Below are positions 41,160 through 58,452 of a stretch of DNA of 64,000 bases, piece by piece (positions within the stretch are counted from its first letter, which is position 1; every line of letters begins with the position of its first letter). The position numbers and the translations under genes were made by a program. The DNA comes from Pseudomonadales bacterium. GTDB taxonomy: Bacteria > Pseudomonadota > Gammaproteobacteria > Pseudomonadales > JBFGWM01. The stretch covers positions 216 to 64,215 of the forward strand of contig JBFKKR010000002.1 of assembly GCA_041682035.1 (NCBI GenBank), read 5' to 3'. The notes beneath the pieces were generated by a model. That model made no database searches, was not told the DNA's origin, and saw nothing but the letters and a program-made list of their open reading frames with translations.

Positions 41160-42878
41160 TTATTTCTTTTTCTCTTTCGGTCCGCAGTTCACCAGCCCGG
41201 GGTGATCGGCTTCCTTTTCCCTGCCCTGTGATTTCACCGGGCCGCAGTGCCGGTCCGGGTCGGCGCCATCATCGCCATTTTCCCAGTCGGGCCAGCCCTC
41301 GTCATTCACCCGCACGATGAAGAACCCGGCAAAACCGTCCGTGTACCAGATCTCCTTGCGCTCCGGAAAAAACGCCGGCGCCGACATGGCCCAGTTGCTG
41401 GCGGTCACGTAGGGCGTGAAACGCGGCGGGATGGCCGGATTGAAGTAGGCCGTCTCGACCGGGTTGGCCGGATCACGGATGTCGAACACGCGCAGGCCGG
41501 AGACGATCATCCCGCAGGCGACGATGGTGGGGTTGTCGCGGGTGGGCACGGCGCAATAGTGCCCGGCATAACCCTGCACCGGCGGCTGCGCGCCCGGGTC
41601 GTTGGCGATCGCGGCGCGGTTCTCCGGTTCGTGCACGGCGAGGCGCAGGTCGGAGAGCACCTTGGGGTTGGCGGGATCCGCGATGTCGATGATGCGCGCG
41701 GCGCCGACGCGCGGACCGTGGGCCGCCACGCTGCCGCCTCCCGCGGGCTGGGAGAACTCGTCCACCTCGATGACATAATCACGGCCCTGGATCGTGACCG
41801 GAATCGCATTCTGTGGAATGGTCACGTTGTCCCAGGTCACGTAACCGATCTCGGTCACGTTCGGCTCGCTGGTCCGGCCACTGGGATCCTGACCGGGGAA
41901 TGGGTGGCCGAATTTCGTCGGATCACCGGCCGCCGCGTTCACCTCGCTGACATCCAGGATCAGCAGTCCGCTGCCCTGGTCCTTGAACTGGCTTTCATCG
42001 TTGTCGCGCGGCGTGTAGGCCAGATAGGCGGTGTTCCCGTCGTTGCTGATGTTCATGCCGTGCACCGAGTAGGGCCCGGTCCAGATGGGACGCGGCTGGA
42101 ACGGCTCGGTGATATCCACGGCGGTGAGCGTCGGCGTGGAAGGCGATGCCGACCAGAAGATGCGCCCGTCCGGCGACATGCCGCCCTCGTGTCCGAACAC
42201 ACCCACCGGGGCAGAGGCCCTCAGTTCCGGCTCCGTGCAGTTGGCCGACAGGTCGTAGACATCCACCACGCCCGGACCGAGCGAGGGGTTGCCGAGGACG
42301 GCGGCCAGGATGCCCTTCTCCTCCGACAGCACCAGGGACTCGTGCGGAGACAGCATGGCCGGGGTGCGCAGCGTGGTGGCATATTTCAGGGTCGGCTCGC
42401 CAGCCGCGTCCCGGCTGACCTGAAGAACATTCACGCCGCCCTCCAGGTCGAAGATATTCGTCGGGTACAGCAGCGTGGAGTCATAGATCGCGCACTCGTT
42501 GCCCTGGCTGTCGACGTAGCGGTGGGTCTTGAAGCCCCCGACCGAGCCGGTCGGGTCCAGTCCGGTATTGCTGCCGCGCACCGTGAACTGCGCGAGCGCC
42601 CGGGTGTTGCAGGTGATGTCCTGGTCGGAGCCGGCGGGCCGGCCGTCCGGCAAATGCCCCGCGTAGGTCTGCTGCTGGGAGAACGCGCCGGTGAACCGGC
42701 GCCCCTGCATGCCGCCCGCCGCCGCCGAAGGCTCCGGGTTGTCTCCTGCCGAGCAACCGGCAATCACCTGTGCCGACTGGGGCGTCGGGGCGGCCACGAC
42801 GCCCGGCGACAACCCGGCCAGGAGCCCGGCCAGCAGAAGGAAAGGAACGACTTCAATACGGATGCTTGCTTGTTTCAT
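41160..42878 (-). CDS. Secreted beta-propeller protein with LVIVD-type repeats
   Basis: Signal peptide LLLAGLLAGLSPGVVAA. Recurrent hydrophobic-D-x-x-x-P segments: VVDVYDLS, LTAVDITEP, LLILDVSE, ARIIDIADPANP and LRVFDIRDPANP. Confidence 0.55.
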   Translation of the reverse strand: MKQASIRIEVVPFLLLAGLLAGLSPGVVAAPTPQSAQVIAGCSAGDNPEPSAAAGGMQGRRFTGAFSQQQTYAGHLPDGRPAGSDQDITCNTRALAQFTVRGSNTGLDPTGSVGGFKTHRYVDSQGNECAIYDSTLLYPTNIFDLEGGVNVLQVSRDAAGEPTLKYATTLRTPAMLSPHESLVLSEEKGILAAVLGNPSLGPGVVDVYDLSANCTEPELRASAPVGVFGHEGGMSPDGRIFWSASPSTPTLTAVDITEPFQPRPIWTGPYSVHGMNISNDGNTAYLAYTPRDNDESQFKDQGSGLLILDVSEVNAAAGDPTKFGHPFPGQDPSGRTSEPNVTEIGYVTWDNVTIPQNAIPVTIQGRDYVIEVDEFSQPAGGGSVAAHGPRVGAARIIDIADPANPKVLSDLRLAVHEPENRAAIANDPGAQPPVQGYAGHYCAVPTRDNPTIVACGMIVSGLRVFDIRDPANPVETAYFNPAIPPRFTPYVTASNWAMSAPAFFPERKEIWYTDGFAGFFIVRVNDEGWPDWENGDDGADPDRHCGPVKSQGREKEADHPGLVNCGPKEKKK

Positions 42879-42923
42879 GCGACTTCACTTCAATCGGGCT
42901 TGCAATGCAGGACAGCGCCCAGT

Positions 42924-44399
42924 ATGCACTGGCTAAATCTTGAGCGGAAGCCGCGCGCAACGCGACCAGCGGTGCTGATTACACTGTGCGCGGCGACACC
43001 GGCCCTCGCACACGTGTTCGGCAGCACCTACACCCCGCCCGTCCCGGTGGTTTATTACCAGGCCGGCGCGGCGGCCGCGCTCCTGCTTTCCTTCGTCGTC
43101 GCCGCGTGGTTGTTGCGCTCACCCACACTGTCGCGATCCGGCGGTTCAGTCTCAATCTCGCTGGATCGCGCTCCGAAACCAACTCGGTTCCTGGTGCTGT
43201 GCCTACAGCTGGCCGGTGTCGCGCTGCTGCTGCTGGCGGTCTGCAGTGGATTCCTCGGCACGCCCAACCCTTACCTCAACTTCAGCATGACCGGCTTCTG
43301 GGTCGTATTCGTGCTCGGCTTCCTCTACGCGCACGTGGTGTTCGGCAATCTGCTGGAGCCGCTCAATCCCTGGCGGACGGTCTGCACCTGGAGCGGCAGG
43401 CTGGCGCCGGGCATGTTTCGCGGCAGGCTGCGCGACCCGGCCCGGTACGGGTACCTTCCCGCGCTGGTGCTCTACATCGCGTTCATCTGGTTCGAACTGT
43501 ATGGCGCGGGCGCACCAGTCCATACCGCACGCCTGCTGCTCGGCTATACGATCGTCTGCCTGGCCGGCGCCTTGATCTGGGGCGTGCCTGGCTGGCTGCG
43601 CTACGGGGAATTGTTCTCGGTGCTGTTCCGGCTGGTCTCGCACCTGGCGCCGCTGGCACGGTGCGGCGGGACGCTGATCCTGCGCTGGCCGCTGGCAGGA
43701 CTGCTGCGGGCGCGCACCGACGGGCTGTCACACCTGCTGTTCATCCTGTTCATGCTGGCCTCGACCGCGTTCGACGGCCTGCAGTCGATGATCTCCTGGC
43801 TGGAGATGACATGGAGTTTCCTGCGCGCCGCGCTGGCCGACGCCGTCGCCGCCAACCCTGCCGGGGCGGTGAGCCTGCTGCAGACCGCCTTCAAGGTGTA
43901 CCACGGTGTCGGGCTGGTGCTGGCGCCGTTCTGGTATTTCCTCGTCTACCAGCTGGCGCTGGCGCTGGCGCGGGCGATCGCCGGCAGCCGGCACAGCTTC
44001 CGCGACTGGCTGCTGGCATTCGGCATGTCCCTGGTGCCGATCGCCGTGGTGTACCACGCAGCCCATTACTACACGCTGCTGCAGGTGCAGGGGCTAAAAG
44101 TGTTCCCCCTGCTCTCGGACCCGTTCGGCCAGGGCCGCGACCTGCTGGGCACCCTGCACTGGTTCCACCGGCCGATCTATCCCGATCCGCCGACCGTCTG
44201 GAACGCACAGGTAGCGCTGATCCTGCTGGGGCACCTGCTGGGGGTGCTGGTCGCACACATCGCCGCGCTGCGGTTGCTGCGTGGCACCTGCAGCCGGCCA
44301 CGCCTGATCGCCAGCCAGCTGCCGCTGCTGCTGCTGATGGTGGTGCTGACCGTGTTCGGGCTGTGGATCCTGGCGCAGCCGGCCGCGACGGGGCGGTGA
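42924..44399 (+). CDS. Hypothetical polytopic membrane protein (about 10-12 TM), family not recognised
   Basis: 491 aa taken from the tail of the 1050-aa ORF in the track. The signal-like N-terminus ends ..TPALA|HVFG. It is divergent from 41160-42878 with a 45-bp spacer. Confidence 0.55.
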   Translation: MHWLNLERKPRATRPAVLITLCAATPALAHVFGSTYTPPVPVVYYQAGAAAALLLSFVVAAWLLRSPTLSRSGGSVSISLDRAPKPTRFLVLCLQLAGVALLLLAVCSGFLGTPNPYLNFSMTGFWVVFVLGFLYAHVVFGNLLEPLNPWRTVCTWSGRLAPGMFRGRLRDPARYGYLPALVLYIAFIWFELYGAGAPVHTARLLLGYTIVCLAGALIWGVPGWLRYGELFSVLFRLVSHLAPLARCGGTLILRWPLAGLLRARTDGLSHLLFILFMLASTAFDGLQSMISWLEMTWSFLRAALADAVAANPAGAVSLLQTAFKVYHGVGLVLAPFWYFLVYQLALALARAIAGSRHSFRDWLLAFGMSLVPIAVVYHAAHYYTLLQVQGLKVFPLLSDPFGQGRDLLGTLHWFHRPIYPDPPTVWNAQVALILLGHLLGVLVAHIAALRLLRGTCSRPRLIASQLPLLLLMVVLTVFGLWILAQPAATGR

Positions 44400-44427
44400 G
44401 AGGTTTACGGGGATTGCTGGGGATTTT

Positions 44428-44476
44428 TGTAGGTCAGACTTTAGTCTGACTGATGTAAGGCTGAAGCCTTACCTAC
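44428..44476. repeat. REP-like palindromes (2 units)
   Basis: TGTAGGTCAGACTTTAGTCTGAC at 44428-44450 and GTAAGGCTGAAGCCTTACCTAC at 44455-44476. Confidence 0.75.
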
Positions 44477-44521
44477 GAGAGAATGTGGCGTGGGTAAGGC
44501 TTTCACAGGTGGCGCCGGGAA

Positions 44522-44998
44522 TCAGATGTGCTCGATCGAATCGATCTCGTACTCGACCGAGCCGCCCGGCGTCTGCACGGTGACGAAGTCGCCCTGCTCC
44601 TTGCCGATCAGGGCGCGGGCGATGGGCGAGTTGACAGAGATGCGCCCCGCACTGGCGTCCGCCTCGTCGTCGCCGACGATCTGGTAGCGTTTCTCTTCCT
44701 CGGTCTCGCAGTCCACCAGCCCGACGGTGACGCCGAAGATCACCTTGCCGGTGTTCTCGATACGGGTGACGTCGATGACCTGCGAATGGGACAGCTTGCC
44801 CTCGATCTCGGCGATGCGCCCCTCGATGAAACCCTGCTGTTCCTTGGCCGCGTGATACTCCGCGTTCTCTTTCAGGTCGCCGTGTTCACGCGCTTCCGCG
44901 ATGGCCTTGATGATGCGCGGCCGGTCTTCCGATTTCAGCCGGGCGAGCTCTGCGTTCAGCGCATCGGCGCCACGCTTCGTCATGGGGTGCTTGTTCAT
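44522..44998 (-). CDS. greA: Transcription elongation factor GreA
   Basis: [26 protein letters not shown]. Confidence 0.95.
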   Translation of the reverse strand: MNKHPMTKRGADALNAELARLKSEDRPRIIKAIAEAREHGDLKENAEYHAAKEQQGFIEGRIAEIEGKLSHSQVIDVTRIENTGKVIFGVTVGLVDCETEEEKRYQIVGDDEADASAGRISVNSPIARALIGKEQGDFVTVQTPGGSVEYEIDSIEHI

Positions 44999-45003
44999 GC
45001 GGG

Positions 45004-48234
<3,231 letters not shown>

Positions 48235-48237
48235 GGT

Positions 48238-49392
48238 CTACTGCGCCCCCGCGCGGCGCGCGCGCATATCAGCAATGAACGGATCGAACAGCGATGCGGC
48301 CTCGTGCGGGCCGGGGCTGGCTTCCGGGTGGCCCTGGAAGCTGTAGGCGGGCCGGTCCTTCAGCCGGATGCCCTGCAGGCTGCCGTCGAACAGGGACACG
48401 TGAGTGACCTCGACGTTGTCCGGCAGGGAGTCCGCGTCCACCGCGAAGCCATGGTTCTGGCTCGTGATCATCACCACCCTGTCGGCCAGCCGCTGCACCG
48501 GGTGGTTGGCGCCGTGGTGGCCGAATTTCATCTTCACGCTCTGCCCGCCCACCGCCAGGCCCAGCAACTGATGCCCGAGGCAGATCCCGAACAGGGGGAT
48601 GCGCTGATCCAGCAGGGTGCGGATGGCGTTGATGGCGTAGCCGCAGGGCTCGGGATCGCCAGGGCCGTTGGAGAGGAACACGCCGTCCGGCTGCATCGCC
48701 AGCACTTCCTCCGCCGGCAGCGTGGCGGGCACCACCTGCACGGCGCAACCCCGGTCGGTGAGCATGCGCAGGATGTTGCGCTTCACGCCGAAGTCATAGG
48801 CCACCACGCGGAATTCGGCATCCCCCTCCCGGACCGGGTGACCGGCACCCAGGGACCACGTGCCTTCGCGCCAGTCGTAGGGTGCGGCCGTGGTGACTTC
48901 TCTCGCCAGGTCCATGCCCTGGAGCCCGGGAAACGCCCGCGCCTCGCGCAGCGCCCGCTCCCGCCCGGCCGGCGTACCCGCCTCGGCGGTGGTCAGCAGG
49001 CAGCCGTTCTGCGCGCCCTTCTCGCGCAGGATGCCGGTCAGCTGCCGGGTATCGATGCCCGCGATGCCGGGGATGCCGCGCTCGCGCATCCAGCTGTCGA
49101 GATCCTGCTGCGCGCGCCAGTTGCTGTGACGGCGCGGGACGTCCCGCACGATGAGGCCGGACGCCCATACCCGCGAGCACTCCTCGTCCTCCGGATTGAC
49201 CCCGGTATTGCCGATATGCGGGACCGTCAGTGTGATCAGCTGCCGCGCGTAGGACGGGTCGGTGAGAATTTCCTGATAGCCGGTAATGGAAGTATTGAAA
49301 ACGACTTCCCCGCTGGAGCAGGATTCTGCTCCCACGCGTTCTCCCTCAAAGACGGTGCCGTCAGCGAGCACCAGGAGGGCCGATTCAGGCAC
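48238..49392 (-). CDS. carA: Carbamoyl-phosphate synthase small subunit
   Basis: Glutamine amidotransferase motif [12 protein letters not shown] start with GGAGG upstream. Confidence 0.93.
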   Translation of the reverse strand: MPESALLVLADGTVFEGERVGAESCSSGEVVFNTSITGYQEILTDPSYARQLITLTVPHIGNTGVNPEDEECSRVWASGLIVRDVPRRHSNWRAQQDLDSWMRERGIPGIAGIDTRQLTGILREKGAQNGCLLTTAEAGTPAGRERALREARAFPGLQGMDLAREVTTAAPYDWREGTWSLGAGHPVREGDAEFRVVAYDFGVKRNILRMLTDRGCAVQVVPATLPAEEVLAMQPDGVFLSNGPGDPEPCGYAINAIRTLLDQRIPLFGICLGHQLLGLAVGGQSVKMKFGHHGANHPVQRLADRVVMITSQNHGFAVDADSLPDNVEVTHVSLFDGSLQGIRLKDRPAYSFQGHPEASPGPHEAASLFDPFIADMRARRAGAQ

Positions 49393-49432
49393 TGGGCGAC
49401 CTCCAGGTCAGTGGTTTTTCCGTGCGCGCTCG

Positions 49433-49467
49433 AAAAAAAGCGGAACGAAGACTGGCTTCATTCCGCT
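49433..49467 (-). promoter_or_regulatory. Terminator-like hairpin in the carA leader (candidate attenuator)
   Basis: On the minus strand, AGCGGAA-N15-UUCCGCU is followed by U7. It lies 40 nt upstream of the carA GTG and is spanned by a 29-codon mini-ORF (49474..49385). Confidence 0.45.
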
Positions 49468-49582
49468 CCTTCATTATTGCATCGAGTACATCGCGTCCGT
49501 TTGCAGCCCACGCGGTGGCGCGAACTGAATCTGGCGCGGATTTTACCCAGCGAAGGGCGGGGCGTCCAGCGAATCGGCTGAT

Positions 49583-51540
<1,958 letters not shown>

Positions 51541-51726
51541 CGTGTTCGCTTGCACTCTCTTCTTTCAACCCTTGGATGTCAGCCGGCTCATGATCCGGGT
51601 TCGTCCAAAGCGCCACCCGGACGGGCGCCGGTCAGCGAATCCTACACAAGAACGAGGCGCGGAGCTGAATCAGCCTCGCGCCCCGCCCGGTTCCAACCAC
51701 TCGTCGCTGTGGCTGATTCTGTTCCT

Positions 51727-51744
51727 GTCAGACTGAAGTCTGAC

Positions 51745-51748
<4 letters not shown>
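51727..51748. repeat. REP-like palindrome
   Basis: GTCAGACTGAAGTCTGACCTAC, abutting or overlapping the dnaK stop codon. Confidence 0.7.
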
Positions 51749-53679
<1,931 letters not shown>

Positions 53680-53764
53680 CTGGATGTACTCCGAAATAAC
53701 TGAATTTGTTCACTTTTCCGGGCCGTTTCGCAACGACCCGGCGATGTTTCCTAACCTTGGTCCC

Positions 53765-53793
53765 TATATTGGTGCGGGTGCGCGGATTTCAAC
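53765..53793 (-). promoter_or_regulatory. Sigma-32-type heat-shock promoter of dnaK
   Basis: On the minus strand: GTTGAAA, a 14-nt spacer, then CCAATATA, compared with the consensus CTTGAAA-N13-15-CCCCATNT. Confidence 0.55.
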
Positions 53794-53809
53794 CTCGCGC
53801 CGCGCGCAA

Positions 53810-54487
53810 TCACACGGTCTCGTTGACAGGCTGCACCGGCGCCCGCGACACCACCACCTTGGCAGCCCGCACCAGCCGGCCGTTCAGGGTGAAGCCCTTC
53901 TGGAACACGTCGATGACGGTGTTGGGCTCGCAATCGGGGTGCTCGATCATGGTCATGGCCTCGTGGAGTTCCGGATTGAATGGCTCCCCGGCCGGGTCGA
54001 TGGTCTCGACATTGAAGCGCCTGAGGGTGTCGAGCAGCATCTTCAGCGTCAGCTCGATGCCCTCGCGCATCGGCCGCAGCTGTTCCTCGGCGCCCTCGGG
54101 CACCGGCACTGCCAGCGCCTGCGCGAGGCTGTCGTGCACCGGCAGCAGGGCCTCGGCGAACTTCTCCAGGCTGAACTTGTGCGCCTTCTCGACGTCGCGC
54201 TGCGCGCGCAGGCGGATATTCTCGGTCTCGGCAGTGGCGCGCAGGGCCTGGTCACGCCACTTGTCGGCCTCGGCCAGGGCGGCTTCCAGTTCCTTTTCCA
54301 TGACCGGATCCGGCGCCGCGCCGAGCGCGATACCGCCGGCATCGTCCAGCGGACTGCCCGTGCCCGCCGGTGCGGCCTGCTCGTTGCCGGCCGGCGGGCC
54401 TTGCGGTTGTTCGGAAGGCGCGGCCTGTGCGGCCTCGGCCTCTTCTGCCAGTCGCGCCTGCTCTTTCTGCTCTTCTGTCTGCATCAT
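53810..54487 (-). CDS. grpE: Nucleotide exchange factor GrpE
   Basis: [23 protein letters not shown] and the C-terminal beta domain. Confidence 0.93.
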   Translation of the reverse strand: MMQTEEQKEQARLAEEAEAAQAAPSEQPQGPPAGNEQAAPAGTGSPLDDAGGIALGAAPDPVMEKELEAALAEADKWRDQALRATAETENIRLRAQRDVEKAHKFSLEKFAEALLPVHDSLAQALAVPVPEGAEEQLRPMREGIELTLKMLLDTLRRFNVETIDPAGEPFNPELHEAMTMIEHPDCEPNTVIDVFQKGFTLNGRLVRAAKVVVSRAPVQPVNETV

Positions 54488-54569
54488 TCGATCGGGGCCA
54501 GTGATTATCGGGTTGAAAAGGTATAGCGGCGGACAAGCCCCCGCTCTACCTGCAAGGTGGGGACGAACC

Positions 54570-55604
54570 TTACTGGTTCAAGACCTCGCTGAACAGTCTC
54601 GAGGTGGCATCCACCAGCGGAATGACCCGCTCGTAGTGCATGCGGGTGGGTCCGATCACCCCCAGCACGCCCACCCGGCGGCCCTCGACCTCGTACGGGG
54701 CGGTCACCACGGTCATCGAGCCCAGCGCCTGGTAGCCGGACTCTTCACCGATGAACAGCTGCACGCCGTCCGAGTCCTGGCACTGGTCCAGCAGGTGCAG
54801 AAGTTCCTGTTTCTGCTGGAATGCGTCGAACAGCTCGCGCAACCGGCCGATGTCCTCGGGACCGGCGAAGTCGATCAGGTTGGACTGCCCGGCCAGCACG
54901 TAGTCAGGCTCCGGCGGCGTGGCCTCCAGCGCGCCGCCGGCGAGGTCCAGCAGGGTCTGCATCATGGTGTCGAGCCGGTCCTTGTCGGCGCGCATGCCCT
55001 CGACCAGCTCGCGGCGGATCTGTTCCACGCTGCTGCCGGCGTAGTGCTGGTTGATGTAGTTGGCGGCCTGCTGCAGTTCCGACTGGTTGTACTGGCGCTG
55101 GGTGTGGATGATGCGGTTCTCCACGTTGCGCTCGCCCAGCACCACGATGACCAGCACGCGCCGTTCGGAGAGCGGCAGGAACTCGATGTGGCGCAACTGG
55201 TTGGACTCGGGCCGCGGCACCGTCACGAGGCTGACCATGCTGGTCACCTGCGAGAGCAGGTTGCTCACGTCGCTGGCCAGCGCCTCGGGCGGATTGTCCG
55301 GATTCAGCCGGCGCTGCATCTCCTGGATGTCCCTGCGGGTGGGCGGCTGCACGGTGATCAGGCAGTCGACGAAGAAGCGCAGACCCCGCGCCGTGGGAAT
55401 GCGGCCGGCGGAAGTGTGCGGTGACGCGATCAGGCCGAGGTCCTCGAGATCCGCCATGACGTTACGCACGGTCGCCGGGCTGAGTTGCAGGCGCGTCGAT
55501 TCCGCCAGGAGCTTGGACCCGACCGGCTGGCCGTCCCGGATGTAGCACTGGATCAGGGACCGGAGGATGTCCTGCGCGCGGTCACTGATCTTGGGTATGC
55601 GCAT
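54570..55604 (-). CDS. hrcA: Heat-inducible transcription repressor HrcA
   Basis: [25 protein letters not shown] and [28 protein letters not shown] 55616 is an alternative start. Confidence 0.9.
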   Translation of the reverse strand: MRIPKISDRAQDILRSLIQCYIRDGQPVGSKLLAESTRLQLSPATVRNVMADLEDLGLIASPHTSAGRIPTARGLRFFVDCLITVQPPTRRDIQEMQRRLNPDNPPEALASDVSNLLSQVTSMVSLVTVPRPESNQLRHIEFLPLSERRVLVIVVLGERNVENRIIHTQRQYNQSELQQAANYINQHYAGSSVEQIRRELVEGMRADKDRLDTMMQTLLDLAGGALEATPPEPDYVLAGQSNLIDFAGPEDIGRLRELFDAFQQKQELLHLLDQCQDSDGVQLFIGEESGYQALGSMTVVTAPYEVEGRRVGVLGVIGPTRMHYERVIPLVDATSRLFSEVLNQ

Positions 55605-55701
55605 GCACTCTCCCACTCTCGCACTCTCCCACCGCCCCCTGCTCTTCCGCGCCCCGGGGGCCGTGCCGGGTCAAAAAAACAGCGTGAGCCCCGCCCGGGG
55701 C

Positions 55702-55717
55702 CTGATAGAATATGCAG
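55702..55717 (+). promoter_or_regulatory. Candidate LexA (SOS) box upstream of recN
   Basis: CTGATAGAATATGCAG fits CTG-N10-CAG with an AT-rich core. It lies 25 nt upstream of the recN ATG and has two symmetric deviations from CTGT-N8-ACAG. Confidence 0.5.
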
Positions 55718-55742
55718 GCCATTTTCTCCAATCTCAAGCTGC

Positions 55743-57410
55743 ATGCTAACGAACCTGTCATTGCGCAACCTCGTGCTGGTCGAGGAACTCGAACTGGAGT
55801 TCGGTCCCGGCATGACGGTCCTGAGCGGCGAAACAGGCGCCGGCAAGTCCATTCTCATCAATGCGTTACAGCTGGCGCTGGGCGCGCGCGCGCAGGCCGA
55901 CATGGTCCGCGCCGGGGCGCCGCGGCTGGAGGTCCATGCCAGTTTCGACCTCTCCGGCATCCCCGCCGCGCGGGACTGGCTGCTGGCGGCGGAACTGGCC
56001 AGCGACGACGACTGCATTCTCGGCCGCAGCGTGGCCAGCGACGGCCGCAGCAAGGCCACCATCAACGGCCGCCCGGTCACTGCCGCCAGCCTGCGCGAAC
56101 TCGGCGCGATCCTGCTCGACATCCACGGCCAGCACGAGCACCACGGCCTGATGCAACGCGGCGTGCACCGCGAACTGCTGGACGAGAGCGCGGGTCTTTC
56201 CGCCCGCCGCGAGGCGCTCGACCAGCTGGCCCGGAACTGGCGCTCGACGCGTGAGCAGATCACCGCCATCACGTCCGGCGCCGATTCCGGGACCGCGCAC
56301 GCCGAACTGCTGCGTTACCAGGTCGGGGAACTGGACCAGCTCGAACTCGGCGACGGCGAGCTGGAATCGCTGGAGAACGAACACCGCATGCTGGCCGGCG
56401 CCGAGGAGTCCATCCGCGGCTGTGCGGAGGCCGCCGCGCTGATCCGCGCCGAGGATTCTGACTGCGCGCTGTCGCTGGTGCGGCAGGCGCAGTCCGCCCT
56501 GCAGCAGGTGGCCGGACCGGAAACCGCGCTCGCCGGCATCCGGGACTGCCTGGAGAACGCCCGCATCCAGCTGGAGGAAGGCGCCCGGGAACTGGAGCGC
56601 TACCAGGACCGGCTGGAGGTCAACCCGGAGCGTCTGCAGGAGGTGGAATCCCGCCTGGAGGCGATCCAGGTGCTGGCGCGCAAGCACCACGTGCTGCCGC
56701 GCGAGCTCACCGCCCGCCACGCGGCCCTGCAGGCGGAACTGGCGGAGCTGGAAAGCCGCGACGAGCGGCTGGCGGCGCTGCGCCGGGAAGCGGAGCGGAT
56801 CGCGAGCGCGTGGCGGCAGGAAGCCGCCGGCCTGTCGCAGGCCCGGGCCGAAGCGGCCACCAACCTGGGCGAAGCAGTCGGCGCCCGGCTGCATGCACTG
56901 GGGCTGCGGGACGCGGTTTTCGAGGCGCGCCTGCTGCCGGCCGATGATTCGCAGCCGGTGGCCGGCGGGGCCGAGCAGGTCGAATTCCACGTCTCCATGA
57001 ACCCCGGCCAGCCCCCCGGCCCGCTGGCCAGGATTGCCTCGGGCGGCGAGCTAAGCCGCACCGGGCTGGCCATCCGCGTGGTCACGGCGGAACGCTCTTG
57101 CACGCCGAGCCTGGTGTTCGACGAAGTGGACTCCGGCATCGGCGGCGCCACCGCCGAGATCGTCGGCCGCCAGTTGCAGGAGCTTTCACGGCACTGCCAG
57201 GTGCTGTGCATCACCCACCTGCCACAGGTGGCCAGCCTGGCCCATGCCCACCTGCAGGTCAGCAAGCAGGTGGTCGACGGCGTGACCCGTTCCAGCATCG
57301 CGGCGCTCTCGAAGGAAGAACGCCTGGAAGAGATCGCCCGCATGCTGGGCGGCCTGAAGGTGAGCCGCCACACGCGCAAGACCGCCAAAGAAATGCTGGA
57401 AAACGCCTAG
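55743..57410 (+). CDS. recN: DNA repair protein RecN
   Basis: MLTNLSLRNLVLVEELELEF..LSGETGAGKSIL, a coiled coil, and the SGGELSR signature. Confidence 0.93.
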   Translation: MLTNLSLRNLVLVEELELEFGPGMTVLSGETGAGKSILINALQLALGARAQADMVRAGAPRLEVHASFDLSGIPAARDWLLAAELASDDDCILGRSVASDGRSKATINGRPVTAASLRELGAILLDIHGQHEHHGLMQRGVHRELLDESAGLSARREALDQLARNWRSTREQITAITSGADSGTAHAELLRYQVGELDQLELGDGELESLENEHRMLAGAEESIRGCAEAAALIRAEDSDCALSLVRQAQSALQQVAGPETALAGIRDCLENARIQLEEGARELERYQDRLEVNPERLQEVESRLEAIQVLARKHHVLPRELTARHAALQAELAELESRDERLAALRREAERIASAWRQEAAGLSQARAEAATNLGEAVGARLHALGLRDAVFEARLLPADDSQPVAGGAEQVEFHVSMNPGQPPGPLARIASGGELSRTGLAIRVVTAERSCTPSLVFDEVDSGIGGATAEIVGRQLQELSRHCQVLCITHLPQVASLAHAHLQVSKQVVDGVTRSSIAALSKEERLEEIARMLGGLKVSRHTRKTAKEMLENA

Positions 57411-57423
57411 CCTGACCGACGCC

Positions 57424-57852
57424 CTACCGCCCGCCCTTGCAGCCCGGCCGGATGCACTCGCCGTAGATGTAGTGGCTGTGCGAGGTGATGCGGAAGCCGT
57501 GTGATTCGGCCACCTCCTCCTGGCGCCGCTCGATCTCCTCGTCGAGGAATTCCACCACCTTGCCGCACTTCACGCAGACGATGTGGTCGTGGTGCTCGTC
57601 GGTGGAGAGCTCGAACACGCTGTGCCCGCCCTCGAAATGATGGCGCATGACCAGGCCGGCAGACTCGAACTGGGTCAGCACGCGGTAGACCGTCGCCAGG
57701 CCGACATCATCGCCCTGGTCCAGCAGCGCCTTGTAGACGTCCTCCGCACTCATGTGGTGCGTGGCGTTGTTCTCGAGGATATTGAGAATCTTGACGCGGG
57801 GCAGCGTGACCTTCAGTCCGGCGTCGCGCAGTTCCTGATTTTCATTGGACAT
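57424..57852 (-). CDS. fur: Ferric uptake regulator
   Basis: [21 protein letters not shown] and [11 protein letters not shown]. The start is at MSNENQ. Confidence 0.93.
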   Translation of the reverse strand: MSNENQELRDAGLKVTLPRVKILNILENNATHHMSAEDVYKALLDQGDDVGLATVYRVLTQFESAGLVMRHHFEGGHSVFELSTDEHHDHIVCVKCGKVVEFLDEEIERRQEEVAESHGFRITSHSHYIYGECIRPGCKGGR

Positions 57853-57964
57853 GGTGACGATCCAGGGTCGGGATGTGGGGACTGCCTGCCGCGCCCTGCT
57901 TGCAGCCAACCGGATGCGGCGTACAATGTCGGGCGTCGAAAACAATAATTCAAGACACTGGCCG

Positions 57965-58435
57965 ATGCAAAAAGCGATGCCCCGAACCCTGCTTTCCCTG
58001 GCCGCGGCGACCCTGCTGCTGGCCGGCTGTTCGAGCTGGTCCATTCCCAGCATCCCTGGCGTCTACAAGATCGACATCCAGCAGGGCAACGTGATCGAAC
58101 AGGACATGGTCGACACGCTGCGCCCCGGCATGACCAAGCGGCAGGTCCGCTTCGTCATGGGAACACCGCTGCTGATCGACCCGTTCCAGCCTGACCGCTG
58201 GGACTATGTCTACTCCTTCCAGCCGGGTGGCGGCAAGCGCACCCAGGAACAGCTCGCACTGTTCTTCGAGGATGACAAGCTGACCCACTTCACCGGCCAC
58301 TTCCGACCGACTGCGAACAAGCCCAAGGACGACAGTGACAAAGCCGGCGAGCGTGAGGTGTCACCGGACGAGTTGATGGAAGAAGGCACACAGGAAAAAG
58401 AGGAAGAAAGTTCCTTCCAGTTCCTGAAGTTCTGA
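57965..58435 (+). CDS. bamE: Outer membrane protein assembly factor BamE (OmlA)
   Basis: Lipobox LLLAGCS and [23 protein letters not shown]. It is divergent from fur. Confidence 0.9.
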   Translation: MQKAMPRTLLSLAAATLLLAGCSSWSIPSIPGVYKIDIQQGNVIEQDMVDTLRPGMTKRQVRFVMGTPLLIDPFQPDRWDYVYSFQPGGGKRTQEQLALFFEDDKLTHFTGHFRPTANKPKDDSDKAGEREVSPDELMEEGTQEKEEESSFQFLKF

Positions 58436-58452
58436 CATCATTCAGAGCGCAG

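Noticed and set aside
55605-55631. GCACTC-containing repeats at the hrcA start as a possible CIRCE operator
   Set aside because: The two 11-bp copies (GCACTCTCCCA) are direct rather than inverted, and they lack the TTAGCACTC/GAGTGCTAA arms. They also overlap the likely RBS and start codon, so the purine-rich complement may simply be a Shine-Dalgarno sequence.
57853-57964. Fur box in the fur / bamE divergent spacer (GAAAACAATAATTCAAGAC)
   Set aside because: It matches the 19-bp GATAATGATAATCATTATC consensus at only about half the positions by eye, which is too weak to call.
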